Both the position numbers and the translations under genes were made by a program. A stretch of DNA of 64,000 nt from Planctomycetaceae bacterium (GTDB taxonomy: Bacteria > Planctomycetota > Planctomycetia > Pirellulales > UBA1268), in assembly GCA_947459185.1 (NCBI GenBank), contig CANHCU010000002.1, positions 21,408 through 85,407 of the forward strand. Reading direction: 5' to 3'. Positions 20,021 through 29,978 of this stretch are shown here, in pieces (positions within the stretch are counted from its first letter, which is position 1; the number at the start of each line of letters is the position of its first letter). The notes beneath the pieces are model-generated. The model had not been told where the DNA came from. It did not search any database and saw only the letters and a program-made list of their open reading frames with translations.

Positions 20021-21273
20021 CAGTCGTTTCCGACACCCGCCATTTGAGCCACCATCTCGCCAACTCGAACCGCGAACAGAGGCGCGGTCGTCCACTTCCC
20101 CTGATCGACCGACAGATACCCCTTCTCGACAGTGTGGAGGATTCCAATGGCGTGCCGGGAATGCAGCCGGCTCCCCGGGTCGTCGATATCACTGGCACCT
20201 CTTGCCACGATCCCTCCTGCATCAACTGCCAGCACCGCGGCCCGCGACAGGCCCGGATAGTAGGGTTCAAACGCGGCGAGCGTGGCGTGCACCACAGCCT
20301 CGGCGTCGACAGTTGCGGGTTCGCCGCGGCAGGGGTCCTCCCATTCGGCTGGAGGCTCTGCAGCGTCCGACCAACCGCGCAGACAGGCCGGATACCAACT
20401 CAGGCATCCAGTACCATCGCCACGAATGACGACGTCGCCAAACCGCCCGAGAACGATCGTGGCTGACGAGAGGCCGCGGAGGTGATTGGGAAGCGAGACG
20501 ATGACCCGATACTTGAGTCGGAGCAGGTGCCCCTTCGGGGGCACGATGCCGACGCTCCGGTCGATGGCGACCCGCGATGTCCATGCAGCGTTCACGACGA
20601 AGTCGAATCGCTCAGCCCACCGTTCGCCCATTCTACCGCCGTACACCTCGAATCCCTTCCCTGTATTGGTAACGCCCTCCACATGAGTGCCCCCAACCCA
20701 TCGGATCGCCGGCGTGGCGCTGACGACAGCGGCAAGTTGGTCACACAGGCTGTCGGTATCAAGCGCCCGCTCGACTGTTGCGAAGCCGGATTGCACAGAG
20801 GCGCGGCGGTAGGCAGACACTTCCGCCGGATCGAGCGGACGCCAGAGTCTGGGGGGCCGGTCGCCGAGGTAGTCCAGGCCTTGGGGATCGGAAGCCGCAG
20901 TTTCCTCGTACAGACGTTGCACGGCCGCGTAGTGAACCGCAAGCCTCGCGGCGTCGAGGATAGAGTCACGGTGGATGAGGTAGTGGTAAGGCGTACTCGA
21001 CGGAATCGATCGCCACGCCTCGTTACCGATCCATGACGCTACAATCCGCCGGAAAGCCAGCGCTCCCTCAAGCATCACCGCCGCCGTTCGTGCGTCATCC
21101 TCTTGGGCGTAGACGAACCCCAGATGCACCTTGCCTTCGTTGCGGCGGGCGGCCCGATTGACCGGCACCACGTCACGGTCGATCAGCGTGACAGCAATCC
21201 CCTTTCGCACGAGTTCCAAGGCGAGTCCCGACCCGAAGAGGCCTCCCCCGACGATCGCAACAGTGCAGTTCAA
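20020..21273 (-). CDS. FAD-dependent oxidoreductase (DAO-like)
   Basis: VAIVGGGLFG Rossmann motif, AARRNEGKVHLG, DFVVNAAW, GKWTTAP. Confidence 0.8.
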   Translation of the reverse strand: MNCTVAIVGGGLFGSGLALELVRKGIAVTLIDRDVVPVNRAARRNEGKVHLGFVYAQEDDARTAAVMLEGALAFRRIVASWIGNEAWRSIPSSTPYHYLIHRDSILDAARLAVHYAAVQRLYEETAASDPQGLDYLGDRPPRLWRPLDPAEVSAYRRASVQSGFATVERALDTDSLCDQLAAVVSATPAIRWVGGTHVEGVTNTGKGFEVYGGRMGERWAERFDFVVNAAWTSRVAIDRSVGIVPPKGHLLRLKYRVIVSLPNHLRGLSSATIVLGRFGDVVIRGDGTGCLSWYPACLRGWSDAAEPPAEWEDPCRGEPATVDAEAVVHATLAAFEPYYPGLSRAAVLAVDAGGIVARGASDIDDPGSRLHSRHAIGILHTVEKGYLSVDQGKWTTAPLFAVRVGEMVAQMAGVGND

Positions 21274-21518
21274 TGGCGTCTCCTGGTGGAACCAAACGTG
21301 GTCAAAGGGTACTTTCGCTGCAGTGGCTTTTCCCCAACTGTGATCCCGTTTGGAGAAACGTCAACACCATCCTGCCGCTGCCCCCAACAGCACCGCACAC
21401 TCTTGCTGCTCGGCCTCGCGATGCCACGTGCCCATTGACGAACGCCGTTCAAGGGCACCCGTCGAAAGTCGCGATGAACCGGGACTGGTGACCAGCTGAC
21501 GACGGCCACGTATCCCCG

Positions 21519-21971
21519 TCATTCCCGCTGCCGCGAGTCGCACACGATCGTCACCGGCCCGTCGTTCACGAGGTGCAACTGCATGTCGGCCGCAAACACA
21601 CCGCGAGCCGGGGGACGGCCGATCTGCTGCTCCACCACAGCGAGAAAATGCTCGTAGAGAGGCACGGCCTCGGCCGGCCGCGCCGCCCTCACGAAGCTCG
21701 GACGGTTCCCCTTTCGCGTGTCGGCCAGCAGCGTGAATTGGCTGATGACGAGCACCCCGCCGTCGATCTCGCGCACGCTGAGATTCATCTTGCCGTCGCC
21801 GTCGGCGAAGATCCGCATCTGCGCGATCTTTCCCGCCAACCACTCGGCATCGGCCGCTGAGTCTCCCACCTCGACGCCCACGAGCACGAGCAGGCCCCGC
21901 CCAATTCGACCTACGGCCTCACCGCTGATCGTGACGCTTGCCTCGGAAACTCGCTGTACAACGGACCGCAT
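21519..21971 (-). CDS. dtd: D-aminoacyl-tRNA deacylase
   Basis: MRSVVQRV, SQFTL, KGNRPSF, NDGPVT. Confidence 0.96.
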   Translation of the reverse strand: MRSVVQRVSEASVTISGEAVGRIGRGLLVLVGVEVGDSAADAEWLAGKIAQMRIFADGDGKMNLSVREIDGGVLVISQFTLLADTRKGNRPSFVRAARPAEAVPLYEHFLAVVEQQIGRPPARGVFAADMQLHLVNDGPVTIVCDSRQRE

Positions 21972-22020
21972 GGATCGCGTGCCGGCCAGACCGCCAGAAC
22001 GGCGGCCGGTGTCGGCGACG

Positions 22021-22848
22021 TCACGCCTCCTCGCGGAGGAGTTGCGGCGGCTCTTCCAGGTCTTCCAATTCCGGCGGCAGCTGGAGTTGTCGCATCGTCT
22101 CGTCGGTCCGCCGCATTCCCTCGGCCACCTCGTCCACCCGCTGGGCGATGTCGCTCATGTCCCGCTTGGCCACCGAGCCCTCGGCGAGGGCCGCGATTTT
22201 CGACTCGAGCCGTTCGATCTCCGCCGCCACGACGTCGAGCTTTCTCTTGGCGTCGTCGATGTTCTCCAGCCGCTCCCGGCTTGTCTTGAGGTGGTCTTCG
22301 ATCGTGGCCCGCAACTGCCCCGACTCGCCTCCGCCTGCCGAGAGCCTCGCCAGTCGCTTCTCGAGATCGGCGATCCTGGCCCGAATCGAACTGTCGTCGG
22401 TGTGGTCGAGAAACTCGGAGAGTGTTGCCGCCCCCCAGATCATTCGCAGGTAGCCCCAGAGCAGCCTGTCGAGCGACTCGAGCGACCCTCGATCGGGCCC
22501 CGTGACATCGGGGCCCCGCATGCTTCCTCCCAATTCCACGAGCTTCTCGCAGTGATCCCGGAGCCGATCGAACCTGGCCAGCAATGCCGGCGGCAGCTTC
22601 CGGCGAATCCGTTCGTAGGCCTCGCGAGCCCCGGCCGCTTCCTCGGCCCGTCTGGCCTTGGCGTCCTGCGCATCGACGGCACTACGGAACCGATCGTTGG
22701 TCAGCATGCTGGCGAGGTAGTAGATCTCTCCTGCCGCCACCAACGGCAGCACCACGCCCGGAAACCCGCTGATGAAAGCGGCGGCAATCCCGGCTCCGAA
22801 GAAGAGCAGATTCCATCGCGTCGCGAATGCCGTTCGGAGGTACTTCAT
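22021..22848 (-). CDS. Hypothetical membrane protein (2 N-terminal TM helices + long coiled coil), last gene of the PspA operon
   Basis: Hydrophobic WNLLFFGAGIAAAFISGFPGVVLPLVAAGEIYYL followed by charged heptad-rich helices. Confidence 0.75.
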   Translation of the reverse strand: MKYLRTAFATRWNLLFFGAGIAAAFISGFPGVVLPLVAAGEIYYLASMLTNDRFRSAVDAQDAKARRAEEAAGAREAYERIRRKLPPALLARFDRLRDHCEKLVELGGSMRGPDVTGPDRGSLESLDRLLWGYLRMIWGAATLSEFLDHTDDSSIRARIADLEKRLARLSAGGGESGQLRATIEDHLKTSRERLENIDDAKRKLDVVAAEIERLESKIAALAEGSVAKRDMSDIAQRVDEVAEGMRRTDETMRQLQLPPELEDLEEPPQLLREEA

Positions 22849-22851
22849 AAT

Positions 22852-22948
22852 GGTGCCAGCCACCAAATCTGGGGTATCTATCTTCCTGGGTATCTGAAGT
22901 GCTTCTGGCTGCCTCGCTTGCCTGAATGTGGTGGCTGACACCTTTTTT
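22852..22948. repeat. Family-2 REPIN-like inverted repeat element
   Basis: GGTGCCAGCCACCA (22852-22865) and TGGTGGCTGACACC (22929-22942) form a 13/14 inverted match, followed by a T-run. Confidence 0.7.
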
Positions 22949-23789
22949 ATCGATGGTGGGCAGCCGACTCGATCTTTTCGATCTGTTCGTGCAGCTGCTG
23001 GACCTGCTCGTGAAACCAGGGCTCCAGTTGCGTTTCGCGGGCGGGGGCCGCGGCAGCCGGCATGCGGATGTCGCCCGCGATCCTACCCGGAGTCGTGGCC
23101 ATCACGAAGACCCGATCGCCGAGGTAGACCGCCTCCTCCACCGAGTGTGTCACGAACAACACCGTCGCCTGCACCTCCCGCCAGAGCTTGACGAGCAGGT
23201 CTTGCATGTCGAGCCGGGTGGCGGGATCGAGGGCCCCGAAGGGTTCGTCCATCAGGATGATGCGGGGCCGAAGAATGAGCGTGCGGGCGATCGCCACCCG
23301 CTGCCGCATGCCGCCGGAGAGTTCATGCGGATACTTCGTCGCGTCGCGAACCGGATCGAGCCCAACCCTCTCGATCCACTCGCGGCCCTCGGCCTCCCGC
23401 TGCCGCCGCGACACGCCCCGACACTCCAGCCCGAAGGCCACGTTGTCGAGCACCGTGCGGTTGTCGAAGCTCGTGTAATCCTGGAACACCATGCCGCGGT
23501 CGGCACCCGGCCCCACGACCTCGCGGCCGAGGACCGTCACCGTGCCGCTGGTGGGCGGATGCTGCGGCTCGAGGCCGGCGACCAGCCGCAGCACCGTGCT
23601 CTTCCCGCAGCCGCTCGGCCCGAGAAACGATGAAATCTCGCCGTGATCGGGCAGGTCGGCAATGGTGAAGCTCACATCCTTGATCGCGGTGTATTCCCGG
23701 GGCGTGCCCCGGCCATAAATCTTCGTCACCCCGCGAAAGTCCACCGCAGCCGGGCGGTCTGCCGGTGTCACGTCGCTCACGTCGCTCAT
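22947..23789 (-). CDS. ABC transporter ATP-binding protein (NitT/TauT/SsuB type)
   Basis: GPSGCGKS, LSGGMRQR, ILMDEPFGALD, FVTH; ATGA overlap with the permease. Confidence 0.93.
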   Translation of the reverse strand: MSDVSDVTPADRPAAVDFRGVTKIYGRGTPREYTAIKDVSFTIADLPDHGEISSFLGPSGCGKSTVLRLVAGLEPQHPPTSGTVTVLGREVVGPGADRGMVFQDYTSFDNRTVLDNVAFGLECRGVSRRQREAEGREWIERVGLDPVRDATKYPHELSGGMRQRVAIARTLILRPRIILMDEPFGALDPATRLDMQDLLVKLWREVQATVLFVTHSVEEAVYLGDRVFVMATTPGRIAGDIRMPAAAAPARETQLEPWFHEQVQQLHEQIEKIESAAHHR

Positions 23790-24748
23790 GCAGCCCTCTC
23801 CTCCGGGCCGGGAAAGCCGTGCAGCAGGCCGCGCACGAGCCGTGGCAGCCATCCATGACCGCCATAGCGGTGCGGAAAGAGGTCGCACTGCAGCCACCAG
23901 AGCGCCCGATCGATCGCATACGCGATCAGCGGGATGATCACGAGCACGATCAGGATCGGTTCCCGCTCGCCCCGCCGCTGCGACATGTTGATGAGATCGC
24001 CGAGACCACCGGAGTCGCTGCCAAACTTCACGAGTTCCGCCAGCATGACGTAGCCAAATGCGAGCCCAAAGAGCAGCCGGAGCGAGTTGAAAATGGCTGG
24101 CGCCGCCAGCGGCACGAGCACCTTCAGAATGATCTGCAGACGCGAGGCACCAAGCGTCAGCGCCGTATCGACATACCGCTGCGGCACGTCCAGCACCGCG
24201 GCGGTCGTATCACTCACCACGAAAGCTACGCTGGCGATGAAGAGAAACATCACCTTCTGGAATTCGCCGATGCCGAACAGGAAAAACGTGAGGGGGATGA
24301 GCGCCGCCACCGGAATGTTGCGACCGAAGACGGTCAGCGGCGCAAGGAAGGCCCTTACCGCCGGAAAACAGGCGGCGAGCACTCCCAGCGGCACGCCGAC
24401 GGCCGCGGTCAGCCCGAAGCCAAAGCAGACCCGCATCAGCGTGCGGACCGTGTTCGCCACGAGCCTCCGCTCGCCGAACACCCGCGGCAGTTCGCGAAGG
24501 GTCTCACTGGGGCTTGGCAACATGGCGGGACTGATGAAGCGGGCCTCAGCATCGCCCGCCGTGGCGATGAACCAAGCCGCCAACACACACGCCACACAGG
24601 TGATCCCCCAGAGCAACGCGGTCACCGCGGGGGCGTCGCCCCGCAGGGGCCGGGCCGGTGCAGCCACGGCATTCGTGGCACATCCCGCCCCAGCCGCTGA
24701 CTCCCCCGCCATCTTGGACGCCTCCCCGGCACCACCTGACGCGGTCAT
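23786..24748 (-). CDS. ABC transporter permease (NitT/TauT/SsuC type)
   Basis: LPSP, multiple TM segments, EAA-like loop YVDTALTLGASRLQ, AELV...GGLGDLI. Confidence 0.9.
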   Translation of the reverse strand: MTASGGAGEASKMAGESAAGAGCATNAVAAPARPLRGDAPAVTALLWGITCVACVLAAWFIATAGDAEARFISPAMLPSPSETLRELPRVFGERRLVANTVRTLMRVCFGFGLTAAVGVPLGVLAACFPAVRAFLAPLTVFGRNIPVAALIPLTFFLFGIGEFQKVMFLFIASVAFVVSDTTAAVLDVPQRYVDTALTLGASRLQIILKVLVPLAAPAIFNSLRLLFGLAFGYVMLAELVKFGSDSGGLGDLINMSQRRGEREPILIVLVIIPLIAYAIDRALWWLQCDLFPHRYGGHGWLPRLVRGLLHGFPGPEERAA

Positions 24749-26577
24749 TCCTTCTCCGCCGAATAGACCTTGATCTCGACGCGGCGGTTCTTGGCGTGAT
24801 CATCCGGATGCTCGGGATCGGCGGGGCGATCCCAGCCGGCGCCATCGACCGCGAACCGGTTTTCGTCAAACTCGAATTTCCCCACCAGCGCCTCCTTCAC
24901 GGCGGCCGCCCGCTCGCGGGAAAGCTCCTTCACCATCGCCGCCGGCACCGATCCCTTCATCGAGCTGTCGGTGTGCCCCTCGATCACGATTCGAGCGTTC
25001 CCAAACTGCTTGGCGAGCACGCCCACCTCGTCGAGCACGAGATCCACGGTCGAGTCATACGGCTCCTCGACCTCCCGGCCGTTGATCCGCCGCACGATCC
25101 GCTTGCGGAGATCCCAGCTGTTGGGGAAGAAGTGGATCACCACGGTGTTGGTGAGAATCTCCTCGTTCTCGGCCCGGATCTGCGAGAGCGTCTTCGGCGG
25201 CATAGGCTTGGCGTATTCGTCCTTTGTCTCGGCATACTTCGACTCCGCCCCGAGCTTCTGGATCACCGAGAAGTCCATCACCTGATCGAACGGCACGGGG
25301 GGATTCGAGATCGCGCCGATGCGACGGTAGAGATAGTAGGACTGCTTCCAGATGCGCTCGAAGTTGGCCGGGTTGTTTCGGTTGATGAAGAACTGGTAGT
25401 TCTCGGCCCAGTTCGTGCTGTGGGCATCGCCGAGCATGGAGAGCGTGTCGGTGGCGGGAATGTTGTAGCCGGCCGACATCAGCTCGGCGGCCTTCGCCCG
25501 GGCGGATTCTGTCTTAAGGAGTTCCATCGCATCGAAGATGCCCCGCACGATCGCTTCAATCTTGTCGGGATGATCCTTGGCGAAGTCGGCCCGCGCAAAC
25601 CAGACGTCGGCGATCAGCCGGTTCGCCGTCTGGGTGGTGACGAGCATGCGGTTGCCCTTGGACTTCTCCAGGTTGTAGATGTCGGGTGCCCACGACACGC
25701 AGCCGGCAAGATCCTTCTGCGCGTTGAAGGCCGCGGCCGCCTGAAAGGCATCTTCGGTATAGACCATGTCCACGTCGCCCGGTTGCAGCCCACCGGCCAC
25801 CAGCATGTTGAGGGCAAAGAACTGACTCGGCGAATTCTGGGCCAGCGCCAGTTTCTTGCCCGCCAGATCGCGGACCGTTTTGATCCCCTCACGGACGACG
25901 ATGCCGTCGCCGCCGTTGGAGAAGTCCACCTGCTGAAACACCCGCGGCATCACGCGGGAGTCCTTCGGCGCTCCGGTACGATCGACGAGCCCCTCCAGAA
26001 ACAGCGGGATCATGTCGAGCGTGGCCCAGCCGATGTGCACCTCGCCGGCGGCGTAGGCATCACGCATCGTCACGGGGTTGTCGATGAGCACGAGTTCGAT
26101 CTTGAACGGTTTGCCGCCCGGCGCCTGCCAGACCTTTCCGGCCTTGAAGCCGTTGTTGGCGAGGATGATCGGACTCCAGCCGGCCCAGACATTCAGCGCG
26201 AAGCGAACTGTGTCATCCTCGAGCGGTTTGTAGGCACTGGTGCCCTTCACCGGCGGCAGTTTCTCGGCCGGCTTGAACGTGTATTCCTTGACCGTGGTCG
26301 GCACTACCGAATCACCAGCCTCGAAGAGTATCCCCTCACCGCCGGTGCCACCGCCGGTCGCTCCGCCCGCTGCTGTTCCAGGCCCATCGCCCGCGCCGAC
26401 CGGCCCACCACCCGCCGGCCCCGCCTGCCGGGCCGCGGCGTTGCCGCCACCGCCGGCCGGCCGCCCCAGGCCAAACTGGTCAAGCATGCCGGCCCGCCAG
26501 GCAGCGAGCGCCACGAGACTGAGAATGACGGCCCAGACAGTCAGCCAGAACGGAGCCTTGGGTTGGCCAGCCATCAA
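24745..26577 (-). CDS. Membrane-anchored NMT1/SsuA-like substrate-binding protein fused to a C-terminal OmpA-like peptidoglycan-binding domain
   Basis: N-terminal TM; DFSNGGDGIV, DLAGKKLA; OmpA motifs IEGHTD, LSRERAAAV, NRRVEI. Confidence 0.88.
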   Translation of the reverse strand: MMAGQPKAPFWLTVWAVILSLVALAAWRAGMLDQFGLGRPAGGGGNAAARQAGPAGGGPVGAGDGPGTAAGGATGGGTGGEGILFEAGDSVVPTTVKEYTFKPAEKLPPVKGTSAYKPLEDDTVRFALNVWAGWSPIILANNGFKAGKVWQAPGGKPFKIELVLIDNPVTMRDAYAAGEVHIGWATLDMIPLFLEGLVDRTGAPKDSRVMPRVFQQVDFSNGGDGIVVREGIKTVRDLAGKKLALAQNSPSQFFALNMLVAGGLQPGDVDMVYTEDAFQAAAAFNAQKDLAGCVSWAPDIYNLEKSKGNRMLVTTQTANRLIADVWFARADFAKDHPDKIEAIVRGIFDAMELLKTESARAKAAELMSAGYNIPATDTLSMLGDAHSTNWAENYQFFINRNNPANFERIWKQSYYLYRRIGAISNPPVPFDQVMDFSVIQKLGAESKYAETKDEYAKPMPPKTLSQIRAENEEILTNTVVIHFFPNSWDLRKRIVRRINGREVEEPYDSTVDLVLDEVGVLAKQFGNARIVIEGHTDSSMKGSVPAAMVKELSRERAAAVKEALVGKFEFDENRFAVDGAGWDRPADPEHPDDHAKNRRVEIKVYSAEKE

Positions 26578-26671
26578 ACACCTCCCCGCGTGCAGTGCAC
26601 TGAAACAAAAAATAAAAGCGAGATAGAAGCGTCACAGAAGAGAGCGGATCAGCCGGCCTTGGCCGGCCGCA

Positions 26672-26977
26672 TTATCCGCGAAATTTTGTCAGCGGCCGCG
26701 ACTTGCCCGCCATGTAGAAGGCATTCATGAGATCATACGCCGTCACCTCGCAGAGCAGACGCGTGACCTTGTCGTGGGCCTCCGGCGAAAGCAGCGGCTC
26801 GACCTCTTTCATGAGGGCCACGACGCGGTGTTCCTGCTCCTCGATTTCCTTCGTTTCCACGCGGCCGTCGGCCACCACGTCGAGAAACGAATCGAGTTTG
26901 CGGGCGTATTCCATGAGCATGGGGGCCTCGCTTGCCTCGTCGAACCACGGGGTCTTGCCTGCAGATGCCTTGGACAT
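26672..26977 (-). CDS. Small helical hypothetical protein of the PspA operon
   Basis: 101 aa MSKASAGKTPWFD...ADGRVETKEIEEQE...TKFRG; GAGGAG RBS; operon context. Confidence 0.75.
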   Translation of the reverse strand: MSKASAGKTPWFDEASEAPMLMEYARKLDSFLDVVADGRVETKEIEEQEHRVVALMKEVEPLLSPEAHDKVTRLLCEVTAYDLMNAFYMAGKSRPLTKFRG

Positions 26978-27043
26978 GATGGAAATCTCCTCTGGGGTGT
27001 TTTCGGGTGACTCTGGACCGACAGTTTTATCGCGCAAGCATCC

Positions 27044-28930
27044 TCACGAGGAACCGATCACCTCGCGAATCGCCGCCAATCGTTCCTGCAGGTGCGCCCG
27101 GCCACCGGGCTTCCCGACCTGCTCCTTCCAGCGCGTGGGCAGGAACCGTTTCTCGGTGCATTCGAGCACCGCGGCGATCTCCTGCATCTCCTTCTCCAGC
27201 CCCTGCGCCGAGGGCATGAAGTCGTCGAGCGCGGCCTTGAGGTCTTCCTGGGAAATGGTGTCGGGGTTGGGCAGGCCCGCGTCGGCCGCCCGCTCCAGCC
27301 CCTTCCGCTTGGCAGCCAGAACGACACTCTCGATGTCGGCACCAGAGAGCCCGAGTTCGAGGTCGATCGGCCCCGGCAGGCCCGCGGCCAATTTCGCATG
27401 ACACTTTCGTGCCATGGCGGTGAACATCGCGTCCATCTCCTGCTGATCGTGCGGATAGAAGAGCGGGATGTGCACCTCGGCCCGGCCCTGACGCTTGAGG
27501 TCGATCGGCAGCAGATCGGGACGGCTCGTGAGCAGCATCCAGACAATCTTGCCGCGATACCGCGTGTCGCCCATCTGCCGGGCGATCATCGAAAAGACTC
27601 GTGCCGAAGTGCCCGAGTCGCCATCCGACTGACGGTTGCCGAGTGCGGCGTCGGCCTCGTCGATGACGACGACAACCGGCCCGAGTCCACGGAGCACGTC
27701 GAGCGCATGCTCGAGGTTGCCCTCCGTCTCGCCGACATACTTGCTCCGGAAGTTCTTGAGCACCGCGCAGGGGATGCCGACACTGCCGGCGTAGCACTCA
27801 GCGATGAAGCTCTTCCCGGTGCCGACCGGCCCACAGATCAGGTAGCCCATCGGTGCACTCTCGAACTGGCCACGTTTGATCGCGCGGGCGTCTGACTCGA
27901 GCCTATTCTTCGCCTCGGCATGGCCGGCGACCGCGTCGAGCGTGAGCCGCGGCTGAATGAACTCGATCAGCCCCTGGCACGACCGTTCGATGAGGTCCTT
28001 TTTCTTGGCTGCGAATTCCGGCCCGTCGGGAGGTGAGCCGTCGCGGGCCGACATCGTGATCACCGATCGCAGGCTTTCGAGCGTCAGCCCGCCTGCCATC
28101 CCGGCCATCCGCTGCACTGCCTCCATCTGCGCGGCGGGCATCCCGGCCGCTTGGGCGGTCGACACGGCAAACCGCGTCCGCTCCTCGCTATCGGGGAGAG
28201 GAATACCGATCGCCGTCACAGCGGCGTTGGTGACCAGCCGCGGATGCAGTTCGGCAAGACTGTCGGTGAGCAGCACGATCGCCACGTTCACCCGCCGGAG
28301 CAGCGGATTGGTCGCCCACGACACGATCCGCACGAGCCGGCCAGCACCGGTGCGAGCGCTGGCTGCGGCATCACCCGCCGGCGCGAGATACTGGCCGTAG
28401 TCGAGCACCACGGCAATCCGCTTTCGCTGCTCGGGCGGGTCGATGAGGTTGCGTTCGAGCAGGGCATCGATCGCCGCGATTGCCTGATCGGGATCGCGTG
28501 GCCAGTTGGCGGCGTTGCCCATCCGCTCGGTGAGCCACTGCGCCATGGTTCGGAGCCGGTTGGCGTCGGGCCCGGCCAGCGGCCGCAGCCCCTTTCCCAC
28601 GTCATACGCAAGCACGATGTCCCAACGGCCAAACAGCTCCCTCGCCAGAAAATCGGGCACCGTACCCCAGCCGGCCGGCGGCTGGCCCTCAGGCGGCCCC
28701 AGTGGCACAAGGTCGCGGACATTGCCGTGCAGCAGAAACACGCAGCTCGTGCCTGAGAGATACGCGTCGCCGAGCCGTTCCGCCCACGCCGGGCACCAGG
28801 CGGGCAACGCGGCCGAGGGACCGGCCGAGGAAGCCGTACCCAGCTGCGGGGCCGCTGGCTGCGGGGCGGATGGATGCGAAGGGGCTGGCGGGGGGGCGGG
28901 CTGGTCGGCAGATGGGGCAACTTTGGTCAC
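27044..28930 (-). CDS. Classical-clade AAA+ ATPase (degenerate N-terminal AAA-like domain + intact C-terminal AAA domain)
   Basis: Walker A GPVGTGKS, pore loop SKYVGETE, Walker B VVVIDE, SRH TSRPDLLPIDLKRQGR, LSGADIE. Confidence 0.9.
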   Translation of the reverse strand: MTKVAPSADQPAPPPAPSHPSAPQPAAPQLGTASSAGPSAALPAWCPAWAERLGDAYLSGTSCVFLLHGNVRDLVPLGPPEGQPPAGWGTVPDFLARELFGRWDIVLAYDVGKGLRPLAGPDANRLRTMAQWLTERMGNAANWPRDPDQAIAAIDALLERNLIDPPEQRKRIAVVLDYGQYLAPAGDAAASARTGAGRLVRIVSWATNPLLRRVNVAIVLLTDSLAELHPRLVTNAAVTAIGIPLPDSEERTRFAVSTAQAAGMPAAQMEAVQRMAGMAGGLTLESLRSVITMSARDGSPPDGPEFAAKKKDLIERSCQGLIEFIQPRLTLDAVAGHAEAKNRLESDARAIKRGQFESAPMGYLICGPVGTGKSFIAECYAGSVGIPCAVLKNFRSKYVGETEGNLEHALDVLRGLGPVVVVIDEADAALGNRQSDGDSGTSARVFSMIARQMGDTRYRGKIVWMLLTSRPDLLPIDLKRQGRAEVHIPLFYPHDQQEMDAMFTAMARKCHAKLAAGLPGPIDLELGLSGADIESVVLAAKRKGLERAADAGLPNPDTISQEDLKAALDDFMPSAQGLEKEMQEIAAVLECTEKRFLPTRWKEQVGKPGGRAHLQERLAAIREVIGSS

Positions 28931-28958
28931 GATTGGCGGCTCCCGGGGTGGTTCAGGT

Positions 28959-29708
28959 TTAGCCCAACGTCTGCTTTGTCCGCTCGCTGCCCAGTTCCTT
29001 GTCGTCGGCCGTCACACCAGCGGTCTCAGGAGTGACCATGCCCATATCCACCTCAAACTCGCGGAGTGCCTGGTCGGCCATGTTCTTCTCAACGGCCTGT
29101 TCGGCCTTGATCTTGTCGAGGCCGTCCCCGGACAGATCAGCCGCCACGCGGACCTTGGCTCGATTGAGGCCGATCTTGTCCTGGATCACGTCCTCGATCT
29201 GGCCAAAGTCGGTGGTGATGTCAAAGTTGAAGCTGTTGGCGAGTTTGGCTAGTTCCGCCTCGGCCCGCGAGAGCTTCAGGTCAGCGTCGTACCTCTGAAT
29301 CTTGGTCTTGAGATCTCCGAGCTTCTTGGTGGCGTGCTTCACCTTGGTGACGTTGTTGTCGTAGGCGGTCTCGTGGAGTTTGAGTTGGGACTCGTTTTCG
29401 GCGAGGTCTTTCTTGGCCTTCTGGAGTTCGAGAGCAAACCGCGCCGCCGTCTCACGCTCGCCAGCCTGCAGGTAGGCCTTCACCCGGGCCTCGAGCGACG
29501 AGACATGATCTCGGCAGCTGTTCACCTGCCGCATAACCCGCTCTACCAGCGCCCGATACTGCTCAAGGCCCTCCCGACCCTCCTTCATCTGATCGACCGC
29601 CTTGTCATATTCATACTGCAACTGGGCAACCGGATCGGCCGTCCAAAAGTAGTTGGCGACCTTGTTCATCTGCGCGGCGAGCGCCTTCCAGAGTTTTCCC
29701 AGGATCAT
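28959..29708 (-). CDS. pspA: PspA/IM30 (Vipp1, ESCRT-III superfamily) protein
   Basis: Amphipathic N-terminal helix MILGKLWKALAAQ, ADPVAQLQY motif, AYLQAGERETAARFA, long coiled coils, 249 aa. Confidence 0.85.
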   Translation of the reverse strand: MILGKLWKALAAQMNKVANYFWTADPVAQLQYEYDKAVDQMKEGREGLEQYRALVERVMRQVNSCRDHVSSLEARVKAYLQAGERETAARFALELQKAKKDLAENESQLKLHETAYDNNVTKVKHATKKLGDLKTKIQRYDADLKLSRAEAELAKLANSFNFDITTDFGQIEDVIQDKIGLNRAKVRVAADLSGDGLDKIKAEQAVEKNMADQALREFEVDMGMVTPETAGVTADDKELGSERTKQTLG

Positions 29709-29978
29709 GTTCGATGGCTCCGCGAACGAGGGGCGGGAGGAATAGAGGTTGAGGCCTGTGAACGTGTGATACCGCTCTCGGCGGGGTCCGTCAAACAGCC
29801 CGTAAAAACAGCCTCGTCGTTCAAAATCTGCCCGCGATCACCCCTCCCTGAAGGCTAGCCATCGCCAGCCTGACAGATTACGATCTCGGCTAGAACTGCT
29901 CGTTCGTTGCCGCAGCGGGCCCAGTGCACCCCCGTCCGCGTCTTATCTTCGCTGCACAGAACATCTCGGGATCCCCTC

